A program made the translations under genes and the position numbers. A stretch of 32,485 nt of DNA from contig DBYM01000004.1 of NCBI GenBank assembly GCA_002309875.1, forward strand, positions 2,924-35,408, in the 5' to 3' direction. How positions within the stretch are numbered: position 1 is the first letter of the stretch; each line of letters begins with the position of its first letter. This stretch comes from Cyanobacteria bacterium UBA1186. GTDB taxonomy: Bacteria > Cyanobacteriota > Vampirovibrionia > Gastranaerophilales > Gastranaerophilaceae. The notes below the pieces were generated by a model. That model was not told where the DNA came from, did not search any database, and worked only from the letters and a program-made list of their open reading frames with translations. Shown here piece after piece: positions 17,680 through 26,875 of the stretch.

Positions 17680-17702
17680 ATTTATAGTTAGGGAGAGAGT
17701 TA

Positions 17703-18812
17703 ATGACAAAACGAACATTTTTACACGATAATCACGTTAAATTGGGCGCCAAAATGGTTGATTTCGCAGGCTGGGAAATGCCTGTGCAATACACATCAAT
17801 AATAGAAGAACACAAAACAGTCAGGGAAGCGGTCGGATTGTTTGATGTATCACACATGGGCGAAGTAATTTACAAAGGGAAAGATGTACTCAAATTCCTT
17901 AACAAGGTTCTCCCGCAAAGGATTGAAAAACTGACTGACGGCAAAGCCGTATATTGCCAATTACCAAACAAACAAGGCGGACTTATTGATGATTTAATAG
18001 TATATAAACTCGAAGAAAACAAGTATCTTATAGTCCATAATGCTTCAAGAATTGACGAGGACGTTAATTGGCTGAGTTTAAATATCGGAGATTTGGACGT
18101 AGAAATAATAAACGAATCTCATAATTATTCGATGATTGCAGTTCAGGGGCCAAAAGCCTGCGAATTTATGAATGCTATGGGTGTTCAGGAATTGCCGAAA
18201 TTCTTTTCAATCGCAAAAGGGCAACTGTTTGGTACCGAATTATGGATTTCAAGAACAGGATACACCGGCGAAGACGGCGTTGAACTTGTTATTAAGAATA
18301 AATTCGTAAGCAAGATTTGGGACAAACTTCTTGAAGAAGGTAAAAAGATGTCATATCCCGTTAAACCAATAGGCTTGGGGGCAAGGGACACCCTGAGACT
18401 TGAAGCAGCACTTCATCTTTACGGAAATGATCTTGATGAAACGACAACACCGATTGAAGCAGGTCTAAGTTGGTCTGTCCCAAAAGATAAGGACGAAGAT
18501 TACAACGGAAAATCTGTTATAATGGACCAAATCAAAAATGGAGTATCAAAAAAACTTATAGGTCTGAAGATGATTGACAGAGGTATTCCGAGACACGGTT
18601 ACGAAGTCTTTTATAACGGTGAAAAAATAGGTACTGTTACAAGCGGCGGGATTTCGCCAACAAGCGGAAATAACATAGCGATGGCTTATATTAAAAATCT
18701 TGACAATTTAACTGTAGGCTCTACAATTCAAGTATTAATAAGGGAAAAATACTACAATGCTGAGATAGTTAAAAGACCATTTGTTGAAAAAAGGAATAAG
18801 ACTAATATATAG
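17703..18812 (+). CDS. gcvT: Glycine cleavage system aminomethyltransferase T
   Basis: GAKMVDFAGWEMPVQY, EEH-x-x-VRE-x-VGLFDVSHMGE, SRTGYTGEDG, GLGARDTLRLEA, RGIPRHGY. Confidence 0.97.
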   Translation: MTKRTFLHDNHVKLGAKMVDFAGWEMPVQYTSIIEEHKTVREAVGLFDVSHMGEVIYKGKDVLKFLNKVLPQRIEKLTDGKAVYCQLPNKQGGLIDDLIVYKLEENKYLIVHNASRIDEDVNWLSLNIGDLDVEIINESHNYSMIAVQGPKACEFMNAMGVQELPKFFSIAKGQLFGTELWISRTGYTGEDGVELVIKNKFVSKIWDKLLEEGKKMSYPVKPIGLGARDTLRLEAALHLYGNDLDETTTPIEAGLSWSVPKDKDEDYNGKSVIMDQIKNGVSKKLIGLKMIDRGIPRHGYEVFYNGEKIGTVTSGGISPTSGNNIAMAYIKNLDNLTVGSTIQVLIREKYYNAEIVKRPFVEKRNKTNI

Positions 18813-18823
18813 GAGAATAGTTA

Positions 18824-19201
18824 ATGAACGAAAGTATGTTATGCACAAAAACTCACGAATATCTTTTAGAATTGAGCGAAAACACATATGAAGTCGGCAT
18901 CACCGATTATGCTATTGAACAACTCGGCGATATTGTATTTATTGAATTACCCGAAGTCGGCTCAGAGTTCGTTAAAAATGAGGTTTTTGCAACAATCGAA
19001 TCGGTTAAAGCAGCATCTGAAATATATATGCCTGTAGGGGGAAGAGTTATTGCGGTTAATGATAAAGTCGCAAACAGCCCTGAATTAATGAATGACGAAA
19101 CCAATGAAGAAAAATGGCTTGTTAAAATCGAATCTGCTGCAGACCAGGTTGAATTTGCAGACTTACTTGACTACTCAGATTATAAAGAAGAAATTGAATA
19201 A
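18824..19201 (+). CDS. gcvH: Glycine cleavage system H protein
   Basis: TKTHEY...VGITDYA-x-EQLGDIVFIELP...ESVKAASE (lipoyl-Lys). AGGAG SD. Confidence 0.96.
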   Translation: MNESMLCTKTHEYLLELSENTYEVGITDYAIEQLGDIVFIELPEVGSEFVKNEVFATIESVKAASEIYMPVGGRVIAVNDKVANSPELMNDETNEEKWLVKIESAADQVEFADLLDYSDYKEEIE

Positions 19202-20439
19202 TGAAGAATTTTATTGCCCATACGAATGACGAACGCAGGGAAATGCTTAACAGTGTTTCCTGCAACACTATTGAAGATTTGTTTAAACAAATTCCCGTGA
19301 TTTTCAATGAATTTAAAATGGATAACCCGTTGAGCGAACTTGAAACACAGAAAAAAATCAAGGCTCTCGCTCGTAAAAACGGAACAGAATATTCATCGTT
19401 TTTAGGCGGCGGAGTTTATAACAAGTTTATCCCGGCAGGAGTAAGTTATCTTGCGGAAAGAATGGAATTCTTAACCGCATACACTCCTTATCAGCCTGAG
19501 ATATCACAGGGAACTCTTCAAATAATCTATGAATATCAGACAATGATTGCACGGCTTACGGGAATGGATATCGCAAATGCTTCAATGTATGACGGAGGCT
19601 CTGCATGTGCCGAATCAATCTTAATGGCACACAGAATTGCCCGAGGAAAATTAAATAAATGCCTGGTGTCAAATTCTGTTAACCCTGAATACAAAGAAGT
19701 TATTAAAACATACTGTTGGGCTCAGGGAATTGAAATTGAATGGTTTGACAACCTCCCTGACTCCTGCAAGGATTATTTCGCGGTACTTATTCAATATCCA
19801 AACTATTATGGAGAGATTTGCGAAATTTCGAAACCTGATACAACATTAATAGTTTGTGCAAACTTATCGGCTCTCTCAGTCATAAAACCTCCTGCTGATG
19901 CTGATATAGTTGCGGGAGATATTCAGCCGCTCGGTATTGCAGCAAGTTTTGGCGGACCTCATGCGGGGTATATGGCCTGCAAAGAACAATATATGAGGCA
20001 AATGCCGGGCAGATTGGTAGGTGCGACCGTTGACAGTGACGGTAAAAAGGCTTACACTCTCACAATTCAAACGAGAGAACAGCATATTAAAAGGGAAAAA
20101 GCAACAAGCAATATTTGTTCAAACCAATCTCTGATAGCACTTATGGCTACATTATATCTCAGTCTGCTCGGAGAAAACGGATTCAGACAAGCCGGAATAC
20201 TTTCAGCCAACCTTGCCCATAAGTTATCAGAAGGTTTAAAAAGCAAAGGAATAAAGACTTTAAACAAGAATTTCTTCAATGAATTTGTTATTGAGACAGA
20301 TAACTCTGACAAATTCCTTGCGAAATTAAAAAGCAACGGTATTTTGGGCGGCATTAAGATTAATGAGAGAAACATTCTCGTCTGCACTACTGAATTAAAT
20401 TCAGATGAAGAAATTGAAAATTATATTAAGTCTTGTTAA
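19201..20439 (+). CDS. gcvPA: Glycine dehydrogenase (decarboxylating) subunit 1 (alpha)
   Basis: SFLGGG-x-Y, EFLTAYTPYQPEISQGTLQ, ANASMYDG, GGPHAG, RQMPGRLVG, TREQHIKREKATSNICSNQ. 412 aa, with a TAATG overlap with gcvH. Confidence 0.95.
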   Translation: MKNFIAHTNDERREMLNSVSCNTIEDLFKQIPVIFNEFKMDNPLSELETQKKIKALARKNGTEYSSFLGGGVYNKFIPAGVSYLAERMEFLTAYTPYQPEISQGTLQIIYEYQTMIARLTGMDIANASMYDGGSACAESILMAHRIARGKLNKCLVSNSVNPEYKEVIKTYCWAQGIEIEWFDNLPDSCKDYFAVLIQYPNYYGEICEISKPDTTLIVCANLSALSVIKPPADADIVAGDIQPLGIAASFGGPHAGYMACKEQYMRQMPGRLVGATVDSDGKKAYTLTIQTREQHIKREKATSNICSNQSLIALMATLYLSLLGENGFRQAGILSANLAHKLSEGLKSKGIKTLNKNFFNEFVIETDNSDKFLAKLKSNGILGGIKINERNILVCTTELNSDEEIENYIKSC

Positions 20440-20469
20440 AATCATTAAAAACAATTACAAGGAGTATAA

Positions 20470-21738
20470 ATGGACAGATTCATCGGAATTATAGGAATAA
20501 TAACTATATTTCTAATATGCTATGCACTATCAAATAACAGAAAAGCAATCAACTATAAAACCATCGGACTTGGATTTTTACTTCAGGTTTGCTTTGCAAT
20601 ATTTATTTTTAAGGTACCGCTTGGACAAAAAATCTTCTTGTTAATAGGTGCATTTATCCAGAAAATTCTTGTTTTTGCGTACGAAGGGGCGGCATTTGTT
20701 TTCGGACCTTTGATGAACAACACAAGACTTGAGGAATTATTTACCTCTAACTATTCGATATTTGCACTTCAACTTATTGCTTCAAGTATTTTTATGATGG
20801 TTTTGGTGAATATTCTGTACTACTACGGAATTATGCAAAGAGTGGTCGCAATTCTCGGTAAGGCAATGAATAAAATTATGCGCGTATCGGGTGCAGAAGC
20901 GCTTTCTAACGTAGCAAGTGCATTTGTGGGACAAATCGTTGCACAAATTATGATTAAACCATATTTGGAAAAACTTACACGCTCGGAACTTTTAGCATCA
21001 ATGTCAGGCTCAATGGCTTGTATTTCAGGTGCGATAATGCCAATATATATCGGAATGGGAATTCCTGCAACATATATTTTGGCATCATCAATCATGGCAG
21101 TTCCGGGTGCTTTAATCTTAGCAAAAATCGTTTATCCGGAAACAGGAGAGCCTGAAACCCGAGACAATATAAGAATATCAAGAAGACGTACATTCGCAAA
21201 TGTATTTGACAGTATTTCTTCGGGGGCTTCGGAAGGTATGAAAGTTGCCATAAATGTAGTCGCAATGATACTCGCATTAGTTGCACTTGTTGCCTTCATT
21301 GATTGGATTTTAGGCCTTTCAGGGAACTTCCTGTATAACTGTGTACCCGGATTTTCGCATTTTGCATTTTTACCCGACCTGTCACTGAAATTTATACTCG
21401 GCAAAATCTTTGCCATATTTGCGGTAATTATCGGGGTGCCGTTACATGATGCTTCTACGGTAGGGGCGCTTATGGGAACGAAAATTGTTCTTAATGAAAT
21501 GGTTGCATACGTTGATTTATCACATATCGCTTCAACGTTGAACACAAAGAGTTTTATGCTTGCAAGTTTCGCTCTTTGTTCATTTGGTAACTTCGGCTCA
21601 ATCGCCATTCAGATAGGCGGTATCGGAGAATTGGCACCAAATCAAAGAAAAAATTTGGCAAGGCTCGGTCTGAGAGCATTAATATGCGGTACCCTCAGTT
21701 GTTACCTCTCAGCGGCTATCGTTGGCATACTGATATAA
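20470..21738 (+). CDS. nupC: Concentrative nucleoside transporter (CNT/NupC family)
   Basis: Multi-TM protein; LS-x-NRKAINYK, GAAFVFG, SGAEAL...FVGQ, IKPYL...TRSEL, GTKIVLNEMVAY, FALCSFGNFGSIAIQIGG. AAGGAG SD. Confidence 0.92.
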   Translation: MDRFIGIIGIITIFLICYALSNNRKAINYKTIGLGFLLQVCFAIFIFKVPLGQKIFLLIGAFIQKILVFAYEGAAFVFGPLMNNTRLEELFTSNYSIFALQLIASSIFMMVLVNILYYYGIMQRVVAILGKAMNKIMRVSGAEALSNVASAFVGQIVAQIMIKPYLEKLTRSELLASMSGSMACISGAIMPIYIGMGIPATYILASSIMAVPGALILAKIVYPETGEPETRDNIRISRRRTFANVFDSISSGASEGMKVAINVVAMILALVALVAFIDWILGLSGNFLYNCVPGFSHFAFLPDLSLKFILGKIFAIFAVIIGVPLHDASTVGALMGTKIVLNEMVAYVDLSHIASTLNTKSFMLASFALCSFGNFGSIAIQIGGIGELAPNQRKNLARLGLRALICGTLSCYLSAAIVGILI

Positions 21739-21743
21739 AAATC

Positions 21744-22838
21744 TTATTTGCAACTGATAAAAGCATTCAGATAACGCATCAGTTCATTAAACGTAATGTC
21801 ATTAGGAGTATTTGTTCTGTTCTTGAGGTAGTCGGTTATCGTTGACATAATTTCCAAAAACGTACCTTCAGTCAGGTTGCCGTCTAAATAATCGGAATAT
21901 ATGCCGAGCAGGTACGCATATGTATCTTCACCGCCATACATCTTTATCTGAATAAATGCATCTTTAACCTTTTTGTTTTCAAAATTCACATTTAATATGT
22001 CATAATATATTTTTGCATCTTTTAACATGTTCTCCATAATCACTTTTGGCGACTGATAAATCATCATAGTGTCGAAGTAATTCGTGAACATTTCATACAA
22101 ACGTTTCTTATCGTATTCTTTGAAATTGAATTTTGTGACAAAATAATCTTTGAAAAAGAGTTCGATATCCGATTTTTTGCCCTTATATATTGCCTCAAGA
22201 GCAGCCCATTCGTCTTTAATACCGTTAGACTTCAGATAATTCTCAATCAACGCAGGCTGATTTAATTCCCTCTTATCCTTATTCAGGTTGTAGTACAGGT
22301 CTCTGTACGGAATCTGTTCGGTATCAACAACTGTAACCCTGATTTTCTGAAGCATTTTAAAGATATTTGAAGCCTGAAGTTTTTCTTCCTTAATCTGACT
22401 CCAAAAACTATGCAGCAAAATAAACATTGGGTGTTTCTTTTCGATTCCCGACAGACGTTCTCCGTAGATTATTTTTTCATATATAGACTGAGATTCTTTA
22501 GGCAGTCTGAGTTTTGTTTTTGTCCCGTTAAGCAAATATTTGCTTCTTATAGTCCTGATGGCTTTATCGTTTCGCTGAGAAGTCTTTTTATAACACTCAC
22601 ATATGGCGTGTAATAACAATGAAAGGGATAACAGTCTGTTTAAGCCGTCAATAATTGTATATTGCTCAGAAGTACTGCAGAACAGGTACATTACACCAAA
22701 ATCAATGCGATAAGTGAATTGCTCGTCCTCAGACATCAGATCAAGAAAATTCACAAGCCTATTATCAACCTTTGCATACTCCAAAGCCGTTAAAATTTTT
22801 ACACTATTCAAAAACTCTAATAAATTTAGGATTATCAT
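21744..22838 (-). CDS. Degenerate DUF262 (GmrS-like, ParB/Srx fold) domain protein
   Basis: FG-x-M-x-L...YTIIDGLNRLLSLSLLL-x-AI resembles DUF262 IIDGQQRLTT. LYYNLN...L...LIENYL resembles IF-x-x-LN-x-RG...L...DLIKN. No C-terminal HNH (DUF1524) is seen. Confidence 0.6.
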   Translation of the reverse strand: MIILNLLEFLNSVKILTALEYAKVDNRLVNFLDLMSEDEQFTYRIDFGVMYLFCSTSEQYTIIDGLNRLLSLSLLLHAICECYKKTSQRNDKAIRTIRSKYLLNGTKTKLRLPKESQSIYEKIIYGERLSGIEKKHPMFILLHSFWSQIKEEKLQASNIFKMLQKIRVTVVDTEQIPYRDLYYNLNKDKRELNQPALIENYLKSNGIKDEWAALEAIYKGKKSDIELFFKDYFVTKFNFKEYDKKRLYEMFTNYFDTMMIYQSPKVIMENMLKDAKIYYDILNVNFENKKVKDAFIQIKMYGGEDTYAYLLGIYSDYLDGNLTEGTFLEIMSTITDYLKNRTNTPNDITFNELMRYLNAFISCK

Positions 22839-22841
22839 TAA

Positions 22842-23483
22842 TTACTCTGTTAATATAAACCCGCCTGACGGCACGTTTTTCAGTTTATCGCCCTCAATCT
22901 TCGATCTCAAATTTTTGATATATTTATAAACGTAATCTCTCGGCAATTCGAGGAGTTCAGCCAAATCCTTGGCGAATACGGGTTTCCCGATATTATTAAG
23001 AAAATATTCAAAAACAAGTTGTTCACGGTCAGTTAAAGATTTTTTAAGAACAATATTCAATTCCGTCTGAGACGAATATTCTTCAACTTTATCCAAAACG
23101 GTGTCTGCTTTGGTTTCAGCCTTCGAATTACCAAGTGTTTTATTAATAATATCTTTTATTTCACTGTTTCCTGTCTTATTTTCACTCGTTTTGGGAATAG
23201 CATTTAACTCTTCGAACATTTCCTTCTTATTTATGGAAAAAGGTGTATGTGAAATCTGTCTTTCACGTCTGAAGGCTCTTTCCGCTATCGCTGAGAAACT
23301 GTCGCTCACACTGTTGCTTGAATTTGATGAAGTGCCTTTTGTCATTACTATATCAACAACGTCATTTGTAGATTTACTCTCTTCAACAGTTTTCCCTAAT
23401 CTCGCTGCAAACTCCTCTAATGTTATTTTCTCTAAAGAGCTTCTCCATTGTCTAATCTCTTCCTTAGTCAAATAATTAGGCAT
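22842..23483 (-). CDS. Hypothetical protein with C-terminal winged helix-turn-helix domain
   Basis: LTDREQLVFEYF...GKPV-x-AKDLAELL...VYKYIKNLRSKI...V-x-x-GGF resembles OmpR-type/wHTH domains. Low-complexity linker. AGGAG SD. Confidence 0.7.
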   Translation of the reverse strand: MPNYLTKEEIRQWRSSLEKITLEEFAARLGKTVEESKSTNDVVDIVMTKGTSSNSSNSVSDSFSAIAERAFRRERQISHTPFSINKKEMFEELNAIPKTSENKTGNSEIKDIINKTLGNSKAETKADTVLDKVEEYSSQTELNIVLKKSLTDREQLVFEYFLNNIGKPVFAKDLAELLELPRDYVYKYIKNLRSKIEGDKLKNVPSGGFILTE

Positions 23484-23613
23484 TCAACACATCTCCTATT
23501 CAACTGTGATAGTCTTACTTAATTCCCCGTATGGATTAATATACTATAATGTAACACAAAACATTTTAAATTTATCAAAATATTTCACGATGTAAAGATT
23601 TTGTTGCAAAAAT

Positions 23614-24204
23614 TTAATATTCCTGAACAATTCTTCCCGGCAGGTGGTTCTGTTGTACGGTACTTAAAAGAGCTTCTGCACCTGCCTTGCTTTTAAATAT
23701 CCCGACCTGAAGCGTATAGTTGTTAGAGCCTATACACTTAACAATCGGATTTAAATTTGTACCCGATTCCTGAATAATATCTTTTGCTACTTTTGCCTGT
23801 TCGGCAGAAGTATAAGAGCCTATATAGACTTTGTACATCGGGTCCTGAGCCAATGTTCTGACCTGAACCTTGGGTTTATCTTCCTGTACAGGCAACGGCT
23901 CGGCTTTAACTTCAGGCTCAGTCTGAACATCTGAAGCACGTTTCATTATTTCCGAAAAATCGCGGCCTCTGTCCTCATCTTGGATTGCAGCCAATCTGTC
24001 ATCAACATTTACTATTGTTTCAGGTATGTCCTGATCTTTCTTATAATCTCCTATTGAAACGTCAACCGTTGGAGAGAATGATTTTATAAGAATAGTAAAG
24101 ACTAACAGCATACCGAAAAATGAAAGAGCAAAAATCTTAAGCAATGAATAGTCTTTGCTTTGAGCGCTCTTTTTCATATATTTTTTGTAACCGTTATTCG
24201 TCAT
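23614..24204 (-). CDS. Membrane-anchored SPOR-domain protein
   Basis: Basic cytoplasmic N-terminus, a single TM (IFALSFFGMLLVFTILI), a P/E-rich linker, and SPOR repeats YKVYIGSY-x-S-x-EQA and YTLQVGIFKSK-x-x-AE-x-L. Confidence 0.8.
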   Translation of the reverse strand: MTNNGYKKYMKKSAQSKDYSLLKIFALSFFGMLLVFTILIKSFSPTVDVSIGDYKKDQDIPETIVNVDDRLAAIQDEDRGRDFSEIMKRASDVQTEPEVKAEPLPVQEDKPKVQVRTLAQDPMYKVYIGSYTSAEQAKVAKDIIQESGTNLNPIVKCIGSNNYTLQVGIFKSKAGAEALLSTVQQNHLPGRIVQEY

Positions 24205-24207
24205 CTT

Positions 24208-24762
24208 TTATACACCACGTACTTTGGTACCCGCCATTATTATATCATCAATTTCTTCAGAATATCGTTTCATAATTTCAAGAGCAAATTCTTTTACATC
24301 TTCAATACCCAATTCACTCGATAATCCTGCTGCTTTAACAGGCGCACCCTCAGAAATAATATTTAAACCGGTATGTATAAGCACTGAAGTCACCGATTTT
24401 GTCGCTATTGATACCGATAATTTACCGCCGTTAATAATCAAATCATCACCTTTTCGGGAAACTGCAATTCCTCTTTCTTCCAAAAGTTCCTTGATTATGC
24501 AAATCAGAAGTCTTTGCCTGAAAACGCCTTCCGTCATGGATACCCCGAACTGCTCCGTTATAAAACTCAGCATCAATTTACTGTAAATAGGCTCATTATT
24601 GATAACATCTTCTATATCGACCATTTCCGTCAACTTAACTTCACACTCGCCGACAAATGCAACTATAGAATCTCCCTGAATGTTGAAATTCTTGTAAATC
24701 CAATGCGGAGAAAGTTGTAGTCCGTTATATTTGATTTTATCCTCAATAAATTTAGTCTTCAT
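24208..24762 (-). CDS. DUF366 family protein (biotin/lipoate ligase-like fold)
   Basis: YNG-x-QL-x-PHW-x-Y-x-x-F-x-I-x-GDSIVAF-x-G-x-C-x-V...MVDIED...QRLL...R-x-GDDL-x-x-x-GGKLSVSIA...IHTGLN is the pattern I recognise as DUF366. Confidence 0.8.
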   Translation of the reverse strand: MKTKFIEDKIKYNGLQLSPHWIYKNFNIQGDSIVAFVGECEVKLTEMVDIEDVINNEPIYSKLMLSFITEQFGVSMTEGVFRQRLLICIIKELLEERGIAVSRKGDDLIINGGKLSVSIATKSVTSVLIHTGLNIISEGAPVKAAGLSSELGIEDVKEFALEIMKRYSEEIDDIIMAGTKVRGV

Positions 24763-25432
24763 TTTCGAACAATATATCTACGTATTTTTGGCAGCCATTT
24801 GCCAATAAGGCCTCTTTCAAGTGATAGCAGGATTCGCACTTGCCGCAATGTTTTTCCCCTAATCTGTAACAACTTCTTATATACTCTAAAGGAACGGCAT
24901 CTCTTACTGCAATTTTTACTATATCATTCTTGTTATAATTAATCAAGGGTGCCAGAACCTTTGGTTTTAGAAGGGTTGAGAACTCAAAAGTTTTGTTTAT
25001 GGCCACTCTGAAATCTTCGGTATTGTCGGGGAACGTCAGTCCTTCCTCTTTATTTGCACCAAAAATTATATAATTGTATCCGTAACTGTCGCAGAATGAC
25101 GCGGCGATATTCAGAAAAAGACCGTTTCTGTTGGGTATCCAGACTGATTTCATACTGTCTGATGTCATAAAATCCGAGGTTGGAATCTCCTCACCGGAAA
25201 CCAACGATGAATTAGTAATATCACGAAGCCAGGGTAGTTCTATAATTTTGTGGCTTACTTCGTAATGCTCGGCAATTTTTTCAGATGCGCTTATTTCATT
25301 TTCAGCGGACTTTTGCCCGTAATCAAATGTTAAGGCAAGTTCAACATCGCAATCCATATGTTTTTGCGCATAGCTTAATGCGACAGTTGAATCCAATCCT
25401 CCCGAGAGCAATATTATAGCCTTATTCTTCAT
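24752..25432 (-). CDS. queC: 7-cyano-7-deazaguanine (preQ0) synthase
   Basis: LLSGGLDS PP-loop; FDYGQ; W-I-PNRN; FPDN; SCY...HCGKCESC zinc site. GAGGA precedes ATG 25432 (track start 25444). Confidence 0.92.
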   Translation of the reverse strand: MKNKAIILLSGGLDSTVALSYAQKHMDCDVELALTFDYGQKSAENEISASEKIAEHYEVSHKIIELPWLRDITNSSLVSGEEIPTSDFMTSDSMKSVWIPNRNGLFLNIAASFCDSYGYNYIIFGANKEEGLTFPDNTEDFRVAINKTFEFSTLLKPKVLAPLINYNKNDIVKIAVRDAVPLEYIRSCYRLGEKHCGKCESCYHLKEALLANGCQKYVDILFENED

Positions 25433-26369
25433 CGTTATCCTCATATTCTTCCATTAAAGATTGTGCTTCTTCCCGCAAATAATCAGAATATATGGGCAAC
25501 TCAAGCACTTCGTTCAAAATATCTCTGCCGACAAGATTATATAAAGCAACTAGGGCATTCCTTTTAACCTCATTATCCTCATCATTTAAGCAGGGCCTTA
25601 TAAGTTCAACGGCATCTTCGTCTTCGCTATTCATAATTGCTTCAATAGCATTGATCCTTACAAGCGGAGAGGAATCCATCAGTGATTTCTTTAAAGCATT
25701 TATAACTCTCTTGTTATTAAAATTCAGTTTACCAAGTGCTTCAACAATTTTTTCTTTCAGAAATGAAAATTTATCAAACAAACCCTGTTTTGACTCAAGA
25801 ATTGCTATAAGAGGGTCTATTGCACTTGTGTCACCGAGCATTCCGAGTGCAAATGTAGCGGATTCTTTCAAATATACAGACTTTTCCTCCTCGTCTTCCA
25901 GAACGTCTATTAACGGCTTGACCGCATATTTATCTCCAATCCTGCCCAAAGCATCGGCACACGCAAGTCTGACCTTATAATGCTCGTCTTTATTATTCAG
26001 GCAAGACAGAAGCCGCAATACCGTGGAGTTATCCTTATAATTCGCAACGGCTTTAACACACATTACTTTATAATTAATAATTTCATCATCATCATTACAT
26101 TTCAGCGCTTTCAGAGTATCGCACAGAATACCGAGTGTTGAAGGATTTCTGTGGCTATCCGTAAGTCTTACAACCTGAATCAAGATTTCGTAATCCTCAA
26201 CGTTGAGCAGCATGCCATTGTATATACTTACAAGGTCTTCCTCATCATACGTGTCTTCAAGCGTTGACAGGTTCTTTGCAACCACGGAAGACGGCATACT
26301 CCCATAGCCTAAAACCTTTAGTATTGCATTATAATCCAAAACACTATTTCCCACTCCCTTAGAATACAA
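25422..26369 (-). CDS. HEAT-repeat (PBS-lyase-like) protein
   Basis: Repeats VRLACADALGRIGD-x-x-AV-x-PLI, LKESATFALGMLGD-x-x-AIDPLI, VRINAIEAI and VKRNALVAL. Confidence 0.85.
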   Translation of the reverse strand: MYSKGVGNSVLDYNAILKVLGYGSMPSSVVAKNLSTLEDTYDEEDLVSIYNGMLLNVEDYEILIQVVRLTDSHRNPSTLGILCDTLKALKCNDDDEIINYKVMCVKAVANYKDNSTVLRLLSCLNNKDEHYKVRLACADALGRIGDKYAVKPLIDVLEDEEEKSVYLKESATFALGMLGDTSAIDPLIAILESKQGLFDKFSFLKEKIVEALGKLNFNNKRVINALKKSLMDSSPLVRINAIEAIMNSEDEDAVELIRPCLNDEDNEVKRNALVALYNLVGRDILNEVLELPIYSDYLREEAQSLMEEYEDNDEE

Positions 26370-26505
26370 TAAACACCGCTAATAATCAATTTTTTGAAAT
26401 TAAACTTTTTAGTTAACAAAACTTTACATTTGCAAGAAAAAAGGCAATTTTTGAAAGTGAATATACTTTATATATACATAAGGCAGTTAATAAGGAGCTT
26501 CACGC

Positions 26506-26709
26506 ATGAAAGAAGAAGAATTGAATGCGGCTATGTCAGTCGTATCAGACCCCATAAAAAATGTTTACAGACTTGATTCAAGAAAAGAAATCGAAGAAAT
26601 TAAACGCATTTGCAGAATTTTCAAGATTGCGGAAGAACAGGGAAATAAACACAGAATGCTTTCTATAAAAAATCTTGCAACATTCAGATTGGTTTTAAGC
26701 AACAATTAA
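26506..26709 (+). CDS. Small hypothetical protein (67 aa)
   Basis: TAAGGAG SD at the usual spacing, and a strong terminator right after the stop. Confidence 0.6.
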   Translation: MKEEELNAAMSVVSDPIKNVYRLDSRKEIEEIKRICRIFKIAEEQGNKHRMLSIKNLATFRLVLSNN

Positions 26710-26726
26710 TAAACTATAATTCAATG

Positions 26727-26757
26727 AAAAAGCGGACTTCTGAAGGTCCGCTTTTTT
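26727..26757 (+). terminator. Rho-independent terminator
   Basis: AAAAAGCGGAC-TTCTGAAG-GTCCGCTTTTTT. Confidence 0.85.
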
Positions 26758-26875
26758 ATTTGTTAAAAAATATTAAGCAAAAACCCTAAAAGTGTAAAAA
26801 TTACATATTTTCTGATTTTTATAGTAAGATATAAAAGTTAGTAAAAATGGTTAAGCCATGAAGGAGGCACATGAA

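Noticed and set aside
17534-17702. Glycine riboswitch upstream of gcvT
   Set aside because: AT-rich region with no aptamer core, and the promoter lies directly before the start codon.
21744-25432. queC plus DUF262 as a Dpd/Qat-type defence island
   Set aside because: QueC is normal length with canonical motifs. There is no DpdA/TGT, TatD, ATPase or nuclease, and housekeeping genes and a 130-bp gap separate the two.
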